From the NCBI GenBank assembly GCA_036785375.1, contig JAWMAR010004410.1, forward strand, positions 1 to 51,400: 51,400 nucleotides of DNA. Direction: 5' to 3'. This stretch comes from Leucoraja ocellata (taxonomy: Eukaryota). Under the pieces are notes generated by a model that ran no database searches, was not told the origin of the DNA, and was given only the letters and a program-made list of their open reading frames with translations. Position 1 is the stretch's first letter; every line of letters begins with the position of its first letter. A program made the position numbers and the translations under genes. Positions 12,310 through 22,562 of the stretch are shown piece by piece.

Positions 12310-12657
12310 GAGTTCCGCTAATCACAAATTTGATCCAGCCACGTCTGGTCAAAGTGTGCAGAGGCGAGTCCGTCACGTTAAACTGTACGTTTAGTTATAA
12401 TGGAAGTGTGAATGCCTGGCTCCGCGTTTCATGGTATCGGAAATCGCCTGGAGGGGCTGATATTACTTACAACACGAACAACTCGCTCTGCATTCCTCAC
12501 CCCCTCTGGGGTGGTTTCAACAACTGTACAGTATCACTGATGATTGAAAATGTATCGTTTGGTCACTCTGTTTACGACTACATCTGTGCGGTGAAGGTAC
12601 CAAATGTCTTCCCTCCAATTTATGAAACGGGCCAAGGAACACGAATACAGGTTTATG
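12310..12657 (+). CDS. IgSF receptor copy A, exon 2: VJ-type V-set Ig domain
   Basis: Acceptor TTTTCCACCAG| and donor ATG|GTAAAG; 348 nt, phase 1-1. V-set motifs GESVTLNC, WYR, SLxIxNV, YxC and a J-like GQGTRIQV. Confidence 0.92.
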
Positions 12658-13316
12658 GTAAAGTATTTGTAATACCATGATGATCTCCAGTCTCGCCACT
12701 TTATGTTTATGAAATCAATAATATTATTGACCCAATTAATTTTTAAACTTCTAACAAAGTAGAGGCAGTGGTAGATCTTTTTCATGATTACAGCTATGTG
12801 CTCTGCTTAAGCGAGGTCATCTGAGATGTTATCATCCAGGAATTTGAAGTTGCTAACTCATTCCACCATTGACCCAATCTTAAAAACTGCATGTTGTCGC
12901 CCGACTTCACCATTCCAAAGTTAATGATTTGCTACTTTGTTTTGTTGACCTTGAGTGAGAGTTTGTTGTTGCAGCACCAATCAACCAGTTGTTCCATCTC
13001 TCTCTTGCGGACTGACTGATCACCACCCCTAATTCAGCTAACCACTATGGTGTCATTGTTGAGTTGATAGATGGCGTTGGAGCTATGCTTAGCCACATAG
13101 CTATGGGTGAGAAAAGAGCAGAGCAGGGTTGGTCTCCTTTGTTTGCAACAATTAAGTCTGAGGAGCAATTAAATTGCAGTGCATTAAATTATGTGAGGTC
13201 TCAACAAACAAACCAGAAAGGACTTGGATCTCGTTGCCCGGAGTAACTTAGAAGCATAGATGTAATTTAGCTGGTAGACAAAATTGGGTTGATGTTGTGA
13301 ACAAATAAATTCACTT

Positions 13317-13462
13317 GGACGTACACAAAAATGCTGGAGAAACTCAGCGGGTGCAGCAGCATCTATGAAGCTTCCTTCGCTCCATAGATGCTGCTGCACC
13401 CGCTGAGTTTCTCCAGCATTTTTGTGTACCTTCGATTTTCCAGCATCTGCAATTCCTTATTA
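13317..13462. mobile_element. Short Penelope-associated hairpin insertion with 17-bp TSD (paralog about 31887-32030)
   Basis: Flanked by AACAAATAAATTCACTT (13300-13316 and 13463-13479). Contains a perfect 47-bp inverted repeat (13321-13367 / 13383-13429). Confidence 0.75.
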
Positions 13463-13651
13463 AACAAATAAATTCACTTAATCAGTGGCAGTGACTGGAA
13501 TTCATCACCAGAATGGGTAAAAGAAGTAGAAATCTTCACCAAATTTCATGTACCTGAATAAGCACTTGAAGTGCATCACTTACAGGGCTTTGAACTTGAG
13601 AAGTGAGAGTCAATTTAACGTATGTTTTAGAGCAGCATGTATCTCCTACAC

Positions 13652-13884
13652 CAGGGGTTCTCAACCTTTTTCATCCCGATTACCACTGGCAACTTTAATA
13701 GCACATAACAATGTTATTTCACATATATGAACAACTAATGATGAACAGATACCGGTATGCCAGAACCAAACACAGTCAGTCAATGAGAAAAAATATGTAC
13801 AAAATCCAGACTCAACAAATTTACCCCCTAGGTAGGCGAAATTTACCCTCTGGGGGTAAATTTATCCCAGGTTGGGATCTCTTG
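13652..13884. mobile_element. hAT (Charlie-like) MITE (paralog 32230-32464)
   Basis: Imperfect TIRs CAGGGGTTCTCAACCT / AGGTTGGGATCTCTTG. 8-bp flanks are TCCTACAC / TTCTATAC (TTCTACAC in copy B), consistent with a hAT 8-bp TSD. Confidence 0.75.
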
Positions 13885-14261
13885 TTCTATACCATAAATT
13901 TCTACAGTGATTATTATTAACTCAAGTTACCACTATTCTCTCACTGAAATGTTTTACTGTGCATTACTGTGCATTACAAGTATCGCCAATACTAACCAAA
14001 AGACTGTGAGTCTGTTGGATATACATGATCTCATTTTGCCAGGACCATGGAGTAATATTATAATGGTCCAGCATATATTTGATCCTTGATGCGTCTCAGC
14101 TAAAGAAGGGCTATATTTTTTTTATAATTCTACATCATTAATTTAACATATTCTCTATGAAAATAGAGCAGAATTTTGGACAACTTACTCTGTCAGTAAG
14201 TTTCACTAACATTGAAATGTGTGATATATAGTTTAATACTTTATGCTTTATCTTCTCTCAG

Positions 14262-14552
14262 ATCTTCCAGAAATGTATATACGGAGTGATACTTTGGTTG
14301 CTGGTCATGAATCCACTCTAACCTGCACTGGCAAGGGATTGTACGACAAGGATGTCTCCTTTACATGGACATGCACTTCTACAAATATCACTGCACCAAC
14401 TTTTGAAACAGACAGGAATGGCACACTAGTTGCCACCAGTCATTACAAGATTGTCCCAAGAGTGGAAGACAATGGAACTGTTTGCAGTTGTCAGATTAAT
14501 CATTCCGTTTTTAGACGGCCAGCTGTAAATACGATCAAACTAAATATTATGT
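14262..14552 (+). CDS. IgSF receptor copy A, exon 3: C1-like (or nectin/CD80-type C2) Ig domain
   Basis: Acceptor CTCTCAG| and donor T|GTAAGT; 291 nt, phase 1-1. Motifs LTCTGKGLYDKDVSFTW, DRNGTLVATS and CQINHS. Confidence 0.92.
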
Positions 14553-16438
14553 GTAAGTATCATCTATAACTTTTGAAGTGGTATTCAATGGTTGCTAATT
14601 TTTGAATTCTTATTGTATGCACATTGTTGTGTTATAACTGATATGCACTGTACATCACCATCTATACCAGTCTAACTGAATGTCTTCTGCATCTACTTTA
14701 CCTGTTCATTGACCCAGTTCCATTAGTTTTATCACTTACATTTTCTCTCATTTATATTGTTCTTGGTTTCTTCTATTTTGCCTTCCTCTCTTGTCCTGTT
14801 ACTCAGACCCAAAGTTTCAATTCACCTTTCTCAATTGCTTTTAATTAATCTGCCCCTAATTGTCTTCTAACTATGATGATTATTTCCCAGATTTGAATCA
14901 TTCTCAGTTCAGTTTGAAGCTTATTTATAGATATCTCTTGGTAATCCTATGTGTGTGTCTCCCCACCTCCACTGAGGCAATCTTAAAAGCTAATCCAGCT
15001 AACCTTCCTTCGCAATCAGAGTTTATGACACTTACAGGGTGGATCATTATTCATCATCCCTCTCCCTTCCATATTCATGTTCTATCCTATTTATTTTAGA
15101 ATTGGACTTTTGCCATCTAAGTCCTCATTGTGCGTGTGTGCATTGATAAAAGTATTTCAAATATAACTAATTGCTCCTTCTCCAAACTTCTTGGCTACGG
15201 CCTCACAGAGGTTCTATGTTCCCTTTCACCAAAACTCACTTTCTTCTGTCCTTATCCATCTCCTGCAACACTTCACCCTTTGGTTGGTGGCGCGACTCAC
15301 CCGTTGCAGCGCCCCCTACAGCCTTTCTGTCTTTTTTTTATTTTTTGTCTAGTTAAATGTAGTGTTGGTGTTTTTTTTAATACTAGTTTTAAATGTGGTA
15401 TATGTGGGGAGCAGGGGGGGGGGGGGGGGGGACTTGTTTGTGTGAATTAAATTGTGTGTATGTCTGTAGGAAATTGTCTTTGTTTGTATGGCTGTGGAAA
15501 CAGAATTTCGTTGACAATAAATTGTATTGTTTTGTATAGTATTGTATTGTATTTTGCATCTCTGCTTGTTTTGTACTTCATTGCAATGAGTGGTATCTTC
15601 TTCTCGCTATTTTCAATGCCCGTCTTATGTACTTGTCTTAACCTTAGGTCTTTGAGTTCATAGCCCTCTGTCCTGCAATAACTTTGTTTTCAATATCAAT
15701 TCCTCTATTCATGGCCACACCAACAATATTCCCTTATCATGTGTAGGAAGAAACTGCAGATGCTGGTTTAAAAAGAAGATAGTTGGAGTAACTCAGCGGG
15801 AGTAGGGTCTCGACCCAAAGCGTCACCCATTCCCTCTTCAGAGATGCTGCCTGGCCCGCTGAGTTACTCTAGCATTCCCTTCACAGGTGGCCCTAGTACT
15901 CTCACCATATGCAGGGGTATCTGTGATCATTTGTGGTAGCCGTATAAATCACTTACAACCCCACACCCACCTGTGTTCCGACAGGTGAAGGAAATCACCT
16001 AAGAATTATATTACTGGGTTGACTCTTCAAACGGTTAGGCATTTGGACCTCCATTTGCTACGTTTACCAAACACTTCATCTCGTTACTACCAGCTGTATA
16101 ACCATCGAACAATTCTACATTTCTCCAGTCGTAATGTCGAAGATTCTCAACTTTCATCGTGCAAATGGTTCATTAAGCTCTAGCATTCACTCCCCTTTCC
16201 TCTCCGCATCAATCCCTCACTCTCCATAGACAAGAACAAGCTTAGCTTTTTGTTACGTATTCGATTCTTTCCAACTTGGCTTCAGTGGCAGTCCGTGTTG
16301 TACTGAGGCCCCTTGAGAATGATTAGCTTTCAGAAGTGCAAAATTTGATTGTAAATAGCTGTTCTGTGTCTACTTGCATGTTAATTCTTTTCACATTGCT
16401 TTAATCTACAATAAAGTGTACATTATCTTTACCGTTAG

Positions 16439-16756
16439 ATGGACCACAAGATCTATTAATAACATACAGGTTGAAAGCAGTGGATACTTTTCGACTGATC
16501 AATGATAGCATCATCTTTGTTGCTGCTGATTCATTCCTGGAACTGAATTGTCGCGTAGATAGTAATCCGGTGCCCACTGTTTTCTGGACAAATGCTACGG
16601 AGAATCATAATGTAACGTTGCAAACTGGAGTCGGGTTCAAAAGTTCAAAAGAATGGATACGTTTCCAGCGTAAAGATGAAGGAATGTATTGGTGCATGGC
16701 AAAAAACGACTACGGCTGGAGAAACAGAAGTATCTCGATAAACACAAAACGGAAAG
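16439..16756 (+). CDS. IgSF receptor copy A, exon 4: C2/I-set Ig domain
   Basis: Acceptor CCGTTAG| and donor AAG|GTAAAT; 318 nt, phase 1-1. Reads (Y)GPQ...LELNCRVDSNPVPTVFW...DEGMYWCMAKNDYG. Confidence 0.92.
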
Positions 16757-17155
16757 GTAAATAGAAATGTAATTATACATGTGCCTAGGTAATTGAGGTG
16801 GAATCATTCTTAGCAAATAACACCTCAGCTTAATTAGTTCAATGTCTTTTTTATTGATCTTAGTGATTGATCAATTGTAATATTTTATTTATTTTACAAA
16901 TCATATGTAGTAAAGACGATTTACTGCTGTCATCTTCAAATGCTTTGATTTTATAGTGTTTCCATTGAAGAATTGGAACATTTAAACATTAGAGTGCTGT
17001 AGTTTTGTTTATAAATGGCAGTGTGTCTCTTTGAAAGAAATATGTACCCTGCTGTCAAATATAGTAAAACGATTGCAGTGTATTTTTTTATACTTTTTAT
17101 GTTTCTCAGAGCTGAAACATTACATTTAGTTGACACCTTGAATTTTCTTTCACAG

Positions 17156-17247
17156 ATTATCCTTGGCTTTATGCCCTGGTCCTGGTCCCCCTAACTACTG
17201 CCATCATTTTGGCAATAATATATTTTTGCCTGTTCCGAAATAGGTAA
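17156..17247 (+). CDS. IgSF receptor copy A, exon 5: transmembrane segment ending in TAA (DYPWLYALVLVPLTTAIILAIIYFCLFRNR*)
   Basis: Acceptor TTTCTTTCACAG|, hydrophobic stretch, and TAA at 17245-17247 where copy B has CAA. The ancestral donor AAG|GTAAAA remains at 17254/17255. Confidence 0.85.
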
Positions 17248-17260
17248 CAAAAAGGTAAAA

Positions 17261-18622
17261 GAGGGTGTTCGGTGGGGGGATTGTGGAGGGGGGGGGGGGT
17301 TGGTAAGGGGTGGTGTGAGTTGGGGTGGTTGTGCGGGGAGGGGGCTGTTGGCGAGGTTTGTGGGTAGGCGGCGGGGCTTGTGAAGGTGGGGGGGTAGTGT
17401 GGGCTGGGGAGGTGGGGGAGGGAGGTGCGGACGAACTGGGGTTGTGGGGGGGTGTTTGGGCGGGAGGGGTTGTGGGGGGAGAGAGCTCAGAGAAAAGAGG
17501 GAAGAGCCATGGTGAAGAGGGGGTATCACGGGTGAGGGGGACAGGAGCCAGCAAGGGAGCTGGCGGTGCGATGGGGATTCACAGCGGGTGCTAGTTGATG
17601 GTTGTTCTCCTCCGCCAGGATCAGAGTCCCTGCTCTCCATTTGGCGACATCTCCGACTCCGCGCCAGGCTGGGGTGGGCCGGTCCGCTTCCGGGCCGTCC
17701 GAAAATTGTCCGTTTGGAGACCTCCGATGGCCATCCTCAGCTCCAGTAAAGACGTGATGGCGCAGGAAGTGGCGGACCATCCCGGAGAGTGACAGGAGAA
17801 AAGACCAATCCATGGGGGGGAGGGGGGGAGAGAGGGAGAGAGGGAGAGAGGGGGAGAGAGAGAGAGAATATCTCGGCTGGTGACTCGGCTATTAGGGGCC
17901 TTGTGGACTGAAATTAGTGGTTTCAAGCAGGCCAAACAACTCATTTCATTTTATTTCCATTTCAAGAACAGAGCAGGGCAAACAGCTCATTGTATTTTCA
18001 TTTCATTTCCATTTCAGTTTCAAGCACAGGGCAGGCCAAACAGCTCATTGCATTTTCATTTCATTTCCATTTCCATTGCAGGTTTAAGCACAGGGCAGGC
18101 CAAACAACTCATTGCATTTTCATTTCACTTCCATTGCCATTGCAGTTTCAAGCACAAGGCAGGCCAAACAACTCATTTTATTTTCATTAAGGGCTAACAA
18201 ATCATTTATTGCAAGTACAATGCAGACTCACAGTTCAGTTGGCAATGGCAATAGAAATGCCGACTCACAGCTTAGAATGAGAGTCATGCTCTCTCCCTCA
18301 CGATCTTGCAGAGTGACTGAGTCACGTCCAGGCATCCGGGGTTTTATAGTCCTGCCCCCCCACCCCCAGAAAGGGCATTACCTTCATCGCGGTGATTGAA
18401 AGGCGAGAGTATCTCATGGTTTTTTAAACACTCATAACTTTTTCATTTTTCATTGATGGGAAAAATCCTCAGGACCTGCTCAGCAGAGGAGGACTGTGAG
18501 TAAGATGGCCAAAAATCATAGCGATATATGACAGCGTTTTTTTCTAAAATCAATATACAGCACAGACAGGCAGTGGTCAAGATGACACTTTTAATTATAT
18601 AGATGATATATAGATGATAGAT
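17261..18622 (+). mobile_element. GC-rich interspersed element, possibly a 5'-truncated non-autonomous Helitron/Helentron-like element; copy A only
   Basis: Absent from copy B. Has G-rich low-complexity tracts, an internal tandem array and a 3' end TTTTAATTATATAGAT(GATA)n. Family assignment is by resemblance only. Confidence 0.5.
17915..18190. repeat. Tandem array of about 5 units of 55-60 bp (TTTCAAGCACAGGGCAGGCCAAACAACTCATTGCATTTTCATTTCATTTCCAT...)
   Basis: Repeated units are directly visible. Confidence 0.85.
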
Positions 18623-20457
18623 AGACCTACTGAAGTTAGGGAGGAAGTTTGGAGAGGAAATTCATTTCTGGAAAAAGTGCAGCATCAACTCTCCACAAAG
18701 CCACCAAGACGTGGAATTATTCATGAAGAGACTTGAAAGGAAAAGCCCTTTTATTTAGTCAACTTTGCAAAGGTTAAAAGGATGAAAGGGAAAGTTGAAT
18801 AATGAGAGAGTGACATAACATTTCACAAGGGGAGCAGCAAGAAAGTTTTGAAATGAAACTCACTGAGAGTAAATTTTGAAAAAAAAATCTAATTCCCTGT
18901 TTGCTGTTAACAGTTTATGGTGGCTTTGAAAAAGAAGAGACAGCAGAGTGAGACTGGATAATATGGAGTCAATTTGATTTAATTGGATTGATTGGATTTG
19001 ATTGGACTTTTTCATGTTGTATATGATTCTCACTATTAGGCTGCGTGACAGCTTAATAAACCAATATGTAAAATTGAAGCTTGAATGCCATCAATGCCAT
19101 TGGAATATTTTTCCTGCTGTGAATCTTATCACTGGCATTTCTTTATTGTCAATGCTTTGCTATTTCTTTTCACTTGCTTCACTTAAGGCTAAAGTACACC
19201 ATCCCCCATGCATTTCCTGTTCAAGAGTGCATTGGAATCACCCAAAAAACCCTCAAGACTGCGGAACGCATTTCTAGTGCAATGTACAGGCCTTTGTTAA
19301 CCAAAGCGTGATGTGTTCTGACCACTACATCTCCATATTTCTCATCACCCAGACCTTTTCAACATGAATGTATAGTATTATTTCACCACAACTATGGAGC
19401 TATATCAACACCTGAAAAATTATACATGCAGATTTCAGAAAAAATTACATGCTGCTTTACAAAACCAGGCCAAGATTCGAGGAAATTGGGTCTGAAATAC
19501 ATCCTCCTTGATGTAGGAAGGAATCTATCGATGCTAATCCATTCTTAGCTCTGTGCAAGAGAGAATATTTAGCATATGTATTTTGGGAATTTTGTTCATA
19601 GCAAGTTTAACGAGCCTGGATAGAGTGGATGTGGAGATGATGTTTCCACTAGTGGGAGAGTCTAGGCCCAGAGGTTATAGCCTCAGAATTAAAGGATGTT
19701 CCTTTAGGAAGGTGATGAGGAGGAATTTCATTTGTAAGGACATGATGAATTTGTCGAATTTATTCTCACAGAGGGCTATGGAGGCCTGGTCCGTGGATAT
19801 ATTTAAGGCAGAAATAAATATATTCCTGATTAGTAAGGGTGTCAGGAATTATTGGAAGAAGGCAGGAGAATGGGGTTAGGAAGGAGAGATGGATCGAACC
19901 ATCGGCAGCGGCGACTATGGAGGGTCAAGGCCCCATACACAGATGAACAAAAGGAGGAAGACTGACTGAACTCTATTGCCTTCCATCACAGTGATCACTG
20001 TGGTGGATGTTTATGTTAAGTTTTATCGTTCTTTTAATTGTGTTGTGTTCTTTTAATTGTATAGCTGCATGGCAACTCAAATATCACTGTACCTTAATTG
20101 GTGCATGTGACAATAAATGTGAATTTGATTTGCTTTGATTTGACTTGATCTTTCTGCTCAGCATTCCTCATGGATGAGTTTCCTAACTCCACACTAAGAT
20201 TTAGTAAAAACATTCATTCATATGGCAATTGCCTTTTCTGTTCCACATTTATGGCTTGTTTTATGCTTATAGGGCAGATTGACTAACAGCTAGTGAATGG
20301 CCACAACAGGTTTTAAATCAGCAATTCAGACACTATTTAAATGCAAAAATAGACAATTGCAGTGAAGTGGCAAAAAAAATGGGAGCTAATGTATCAGCTA
20401 CACATATACTAAATATTGGCCAGAATTATCTTGGTTGGTTTGGGGAAGATCTCATGC

Positions 20458-21018
20458 ATCAGTTGTATAGGGCTCTGGTGAGACCACATCTGGAGTATTG
20501 TGTACAGTTTTGGTCTCCTAATTTGAGGAAGGACATCCTTGTGATTGAGGCAGTGCAGAGTAGGTTCACGGGATTGATCCCTGGGATGGCGGGACTGTCA
20601 TATGAGGACAGATTGAAAAGACTAGGCTTGTATTCACTGGAGATTAGAAGGATGAAGGGGTTCTTATAGAAACATATAAAATTATAAAAGGACTGGACAA
20701 GCTAGATGCAGGAAAAAAGTTCCCAATGTTGGGCGAGTCCAGAACCAGGGGCCACAGTCTTAGAATAAAGGGGAGGTCATTTAAGACTGAGGTGAGAAAA
20801 AAATTTTCACCCAGAGAGTTGTGAATTTATGGAATTCCCTGCCACAGGATGGATTTAAGAGAGAGTTAGATGGAGCTCTAGGGGCTAGTGGAGTCAAGGG
20901 CTTATGGGTTGAAGGCAGGCACGGGTTATTGATAGGGGACGATCAGCCATGATCACAATGAATGGCGGTGCTGGCTCGAAGGGCCGAATGGCCTCCTCCT
21001 GCACCTATTTTCTATGTT
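20458..21018 (+). mobile_element. 5'-truncated CR1 LINE (RT C-terminal region), copy A-specific insertion
   Basis: Encodes LYRALVRPHLEYCVQFWSP. The paralogous site at about 38847 (CTCATGC-TATACTACCC) is empty. Confidence 0.88.
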
Positions 21019-21272
21019 TACAATTACCCATTTTGCACTGAAAAAACAAGGCTCATTTCTACACTAATAATGATGATACTCATTGAAAATCCCATTAAAA
21101 AATAGCTGAGTATTAAAATCCCACATGGTTTTTAGTCAAGTCAAGTCAAGTCAAGTTTATTTGTCACATACACATACGAGATTTGCAGTGAAATGAAAGT
21201 GGCAATGCTCGCGGACTTTTGGTCCCAAACTTAAAATTACTTAGAAAATTATATAACAATTAAAAAATGAAT

Positions 21273-22560
21273 ACGGGAAATTTTGTACATATTCTGGTAG
21301 AGATTTCCCCCCTGGAGTCAAAATTCAACTTACCTGAAAACGTTGTGCTTTATTTCTTGAGTTATTAATAAAAATGTTCACAAATCCAATCAAACTTTGA
21401 AATCAAATGCCTGTTTTTCGCTGATGACGTGACAATGGATCTGCCTGCCATCTGCTCGCGCTGCGACTGACATCACCTACTACCACTCCCTCCTCCCCCC
21501 GTTGTTCAAAAGTCGCCCTGTCGACTGAAGACCAAAGATCATAGCCGAAGATTGCGTCGGCACAATCTGCGCTCCTTTGGTCCATGCTCATTCGCTCCCC
21601 CACCCGCTCGCGCCTCGGCTTGGGTCTGTCCCCTTCCCCTCTCTCCCTCTCCCCTCCCTCCCTCCCCTCTCTCTCCCTCCCCTCTCTCTCCCTCACCTCT
21701 CTCTTCCCCCTCTCTCTCTCTCCCCCCCCTCCCTCTTCCCCCCCCCCCCTCTCTCCCCCCTCTCTTATTCCGCCTTCGAAAGCCTTGTCCTCAGGCTTAA
21801 CAGTATGAGCTGCCAAGGCTCAGAGAGCAGCAGCGATAGTGGCGACGAGCCGCTCTGAGGGAAGAAAAAGCATATGCCCTCTCTGTCTTCGAGCGCAATG
21901 CCAGGATTTATCCAGTTGCTGTACGGCTACAAGAGGGCCAAGGAGCCCAAAGGCAAGGCTCCCTCTCGCCTGGTGTAGAATTAAAAAATATTGCGCCTCA
22001 ATTCGTTTTTTTCACTCTGGACTTTTTTTGGGGGGAAAAAGGGGGGGGTGCGACCGCACCCATTGTAGCCCCCCTTCGGATGGCAATGTGAGCGATCACT
22101 GGCCTTGGGGTTACCCAGTGAGGGTGTGGAGTGACTAACTGGGGGGAGGGTGTGGGAGGGGGAAAGCGTAGTGGGAAAGCGTGGTGTTGCCGAACAAAAC
22201 ACAACTGCAATAGTTTGGTAGATCACCCACGCCCCCAGTCGCTTGTGGCGCAGAAACGTTGCAGACAAGGGGGGCTTATAATTGGCTCAGGGAGGGGGCA
22301 GTGGCGCGATCTGCTCTGATAGGAAATGCCATAAATATTGGTGTTGGGCGCCCTTTTGGAGAGAGAACCTCAGCCTTGGACCTTGTCGCGAACGGTGTCT
22401 GGTGATTTTGAACACCCTGCGGTGTGCTCTGCTGTGTATTCTGGGTCTGCATGTGCATTCGGGGATATTCGGGGATACGTGAGTGTATGTACCTTATTTA
22501 GCAGTATAATAAATGACTTAGTGAATCAAACTCTGATAACTGAATCCTGTTTCTGTTCAT
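21273..22560. repeat. Unclassified GC-rich interspersed sequence with polypyrimidine tract (about 21630-21765)
   Basis: CpG-rich, low-complexity block between the duplicated units, with no paralog in the window and no convincing TIRs. Confidence 0.4.
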
Positions 22561-22562
22561 AA

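Larger units (their letters stand above)
6675..21272 (+). repeat. Segmental tandem duplication, copy A (paralogous to about 24626-39016)
   Basis: Collinear similarity seen by eye from GAATCCATGGCCCCAATTGT (6675; cf. 24626) to CAATTAAAAAATGAATA (about 21272; cf. about 39016). The ORF track shows paired ORFs. Boundaries are approximate. Confidence 0.93.

Noticed and set aside
12310-14552. Rearranging Ig/TCR/IgNAR locus
   Set aside because: V and J-like parts lie in one exon ending at a splice donor. I saw no heptamer/nonamer RSS there, and the third domain and ITIM-type tail do not fit.
12310-16756. Siglec/CD22/MAG assignment
   Set aside because: Domain 3 is Siglec-like, but the V domain has a canonical B-F disulfide and lacks the F-strand sialic-acid-binding Arg.
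17156-17247. Copy A as a classical activating receptor
   Set aside because: There is no Lys/Arg/Asp within the hydrophobic TM span and no ITAM.
17191-17944. Proline/glycine-rich ORFs as genes (also 21403-21858)
   Set aside because: These are translations of G-rich or CT-rich low-complexity tracts within repeats.
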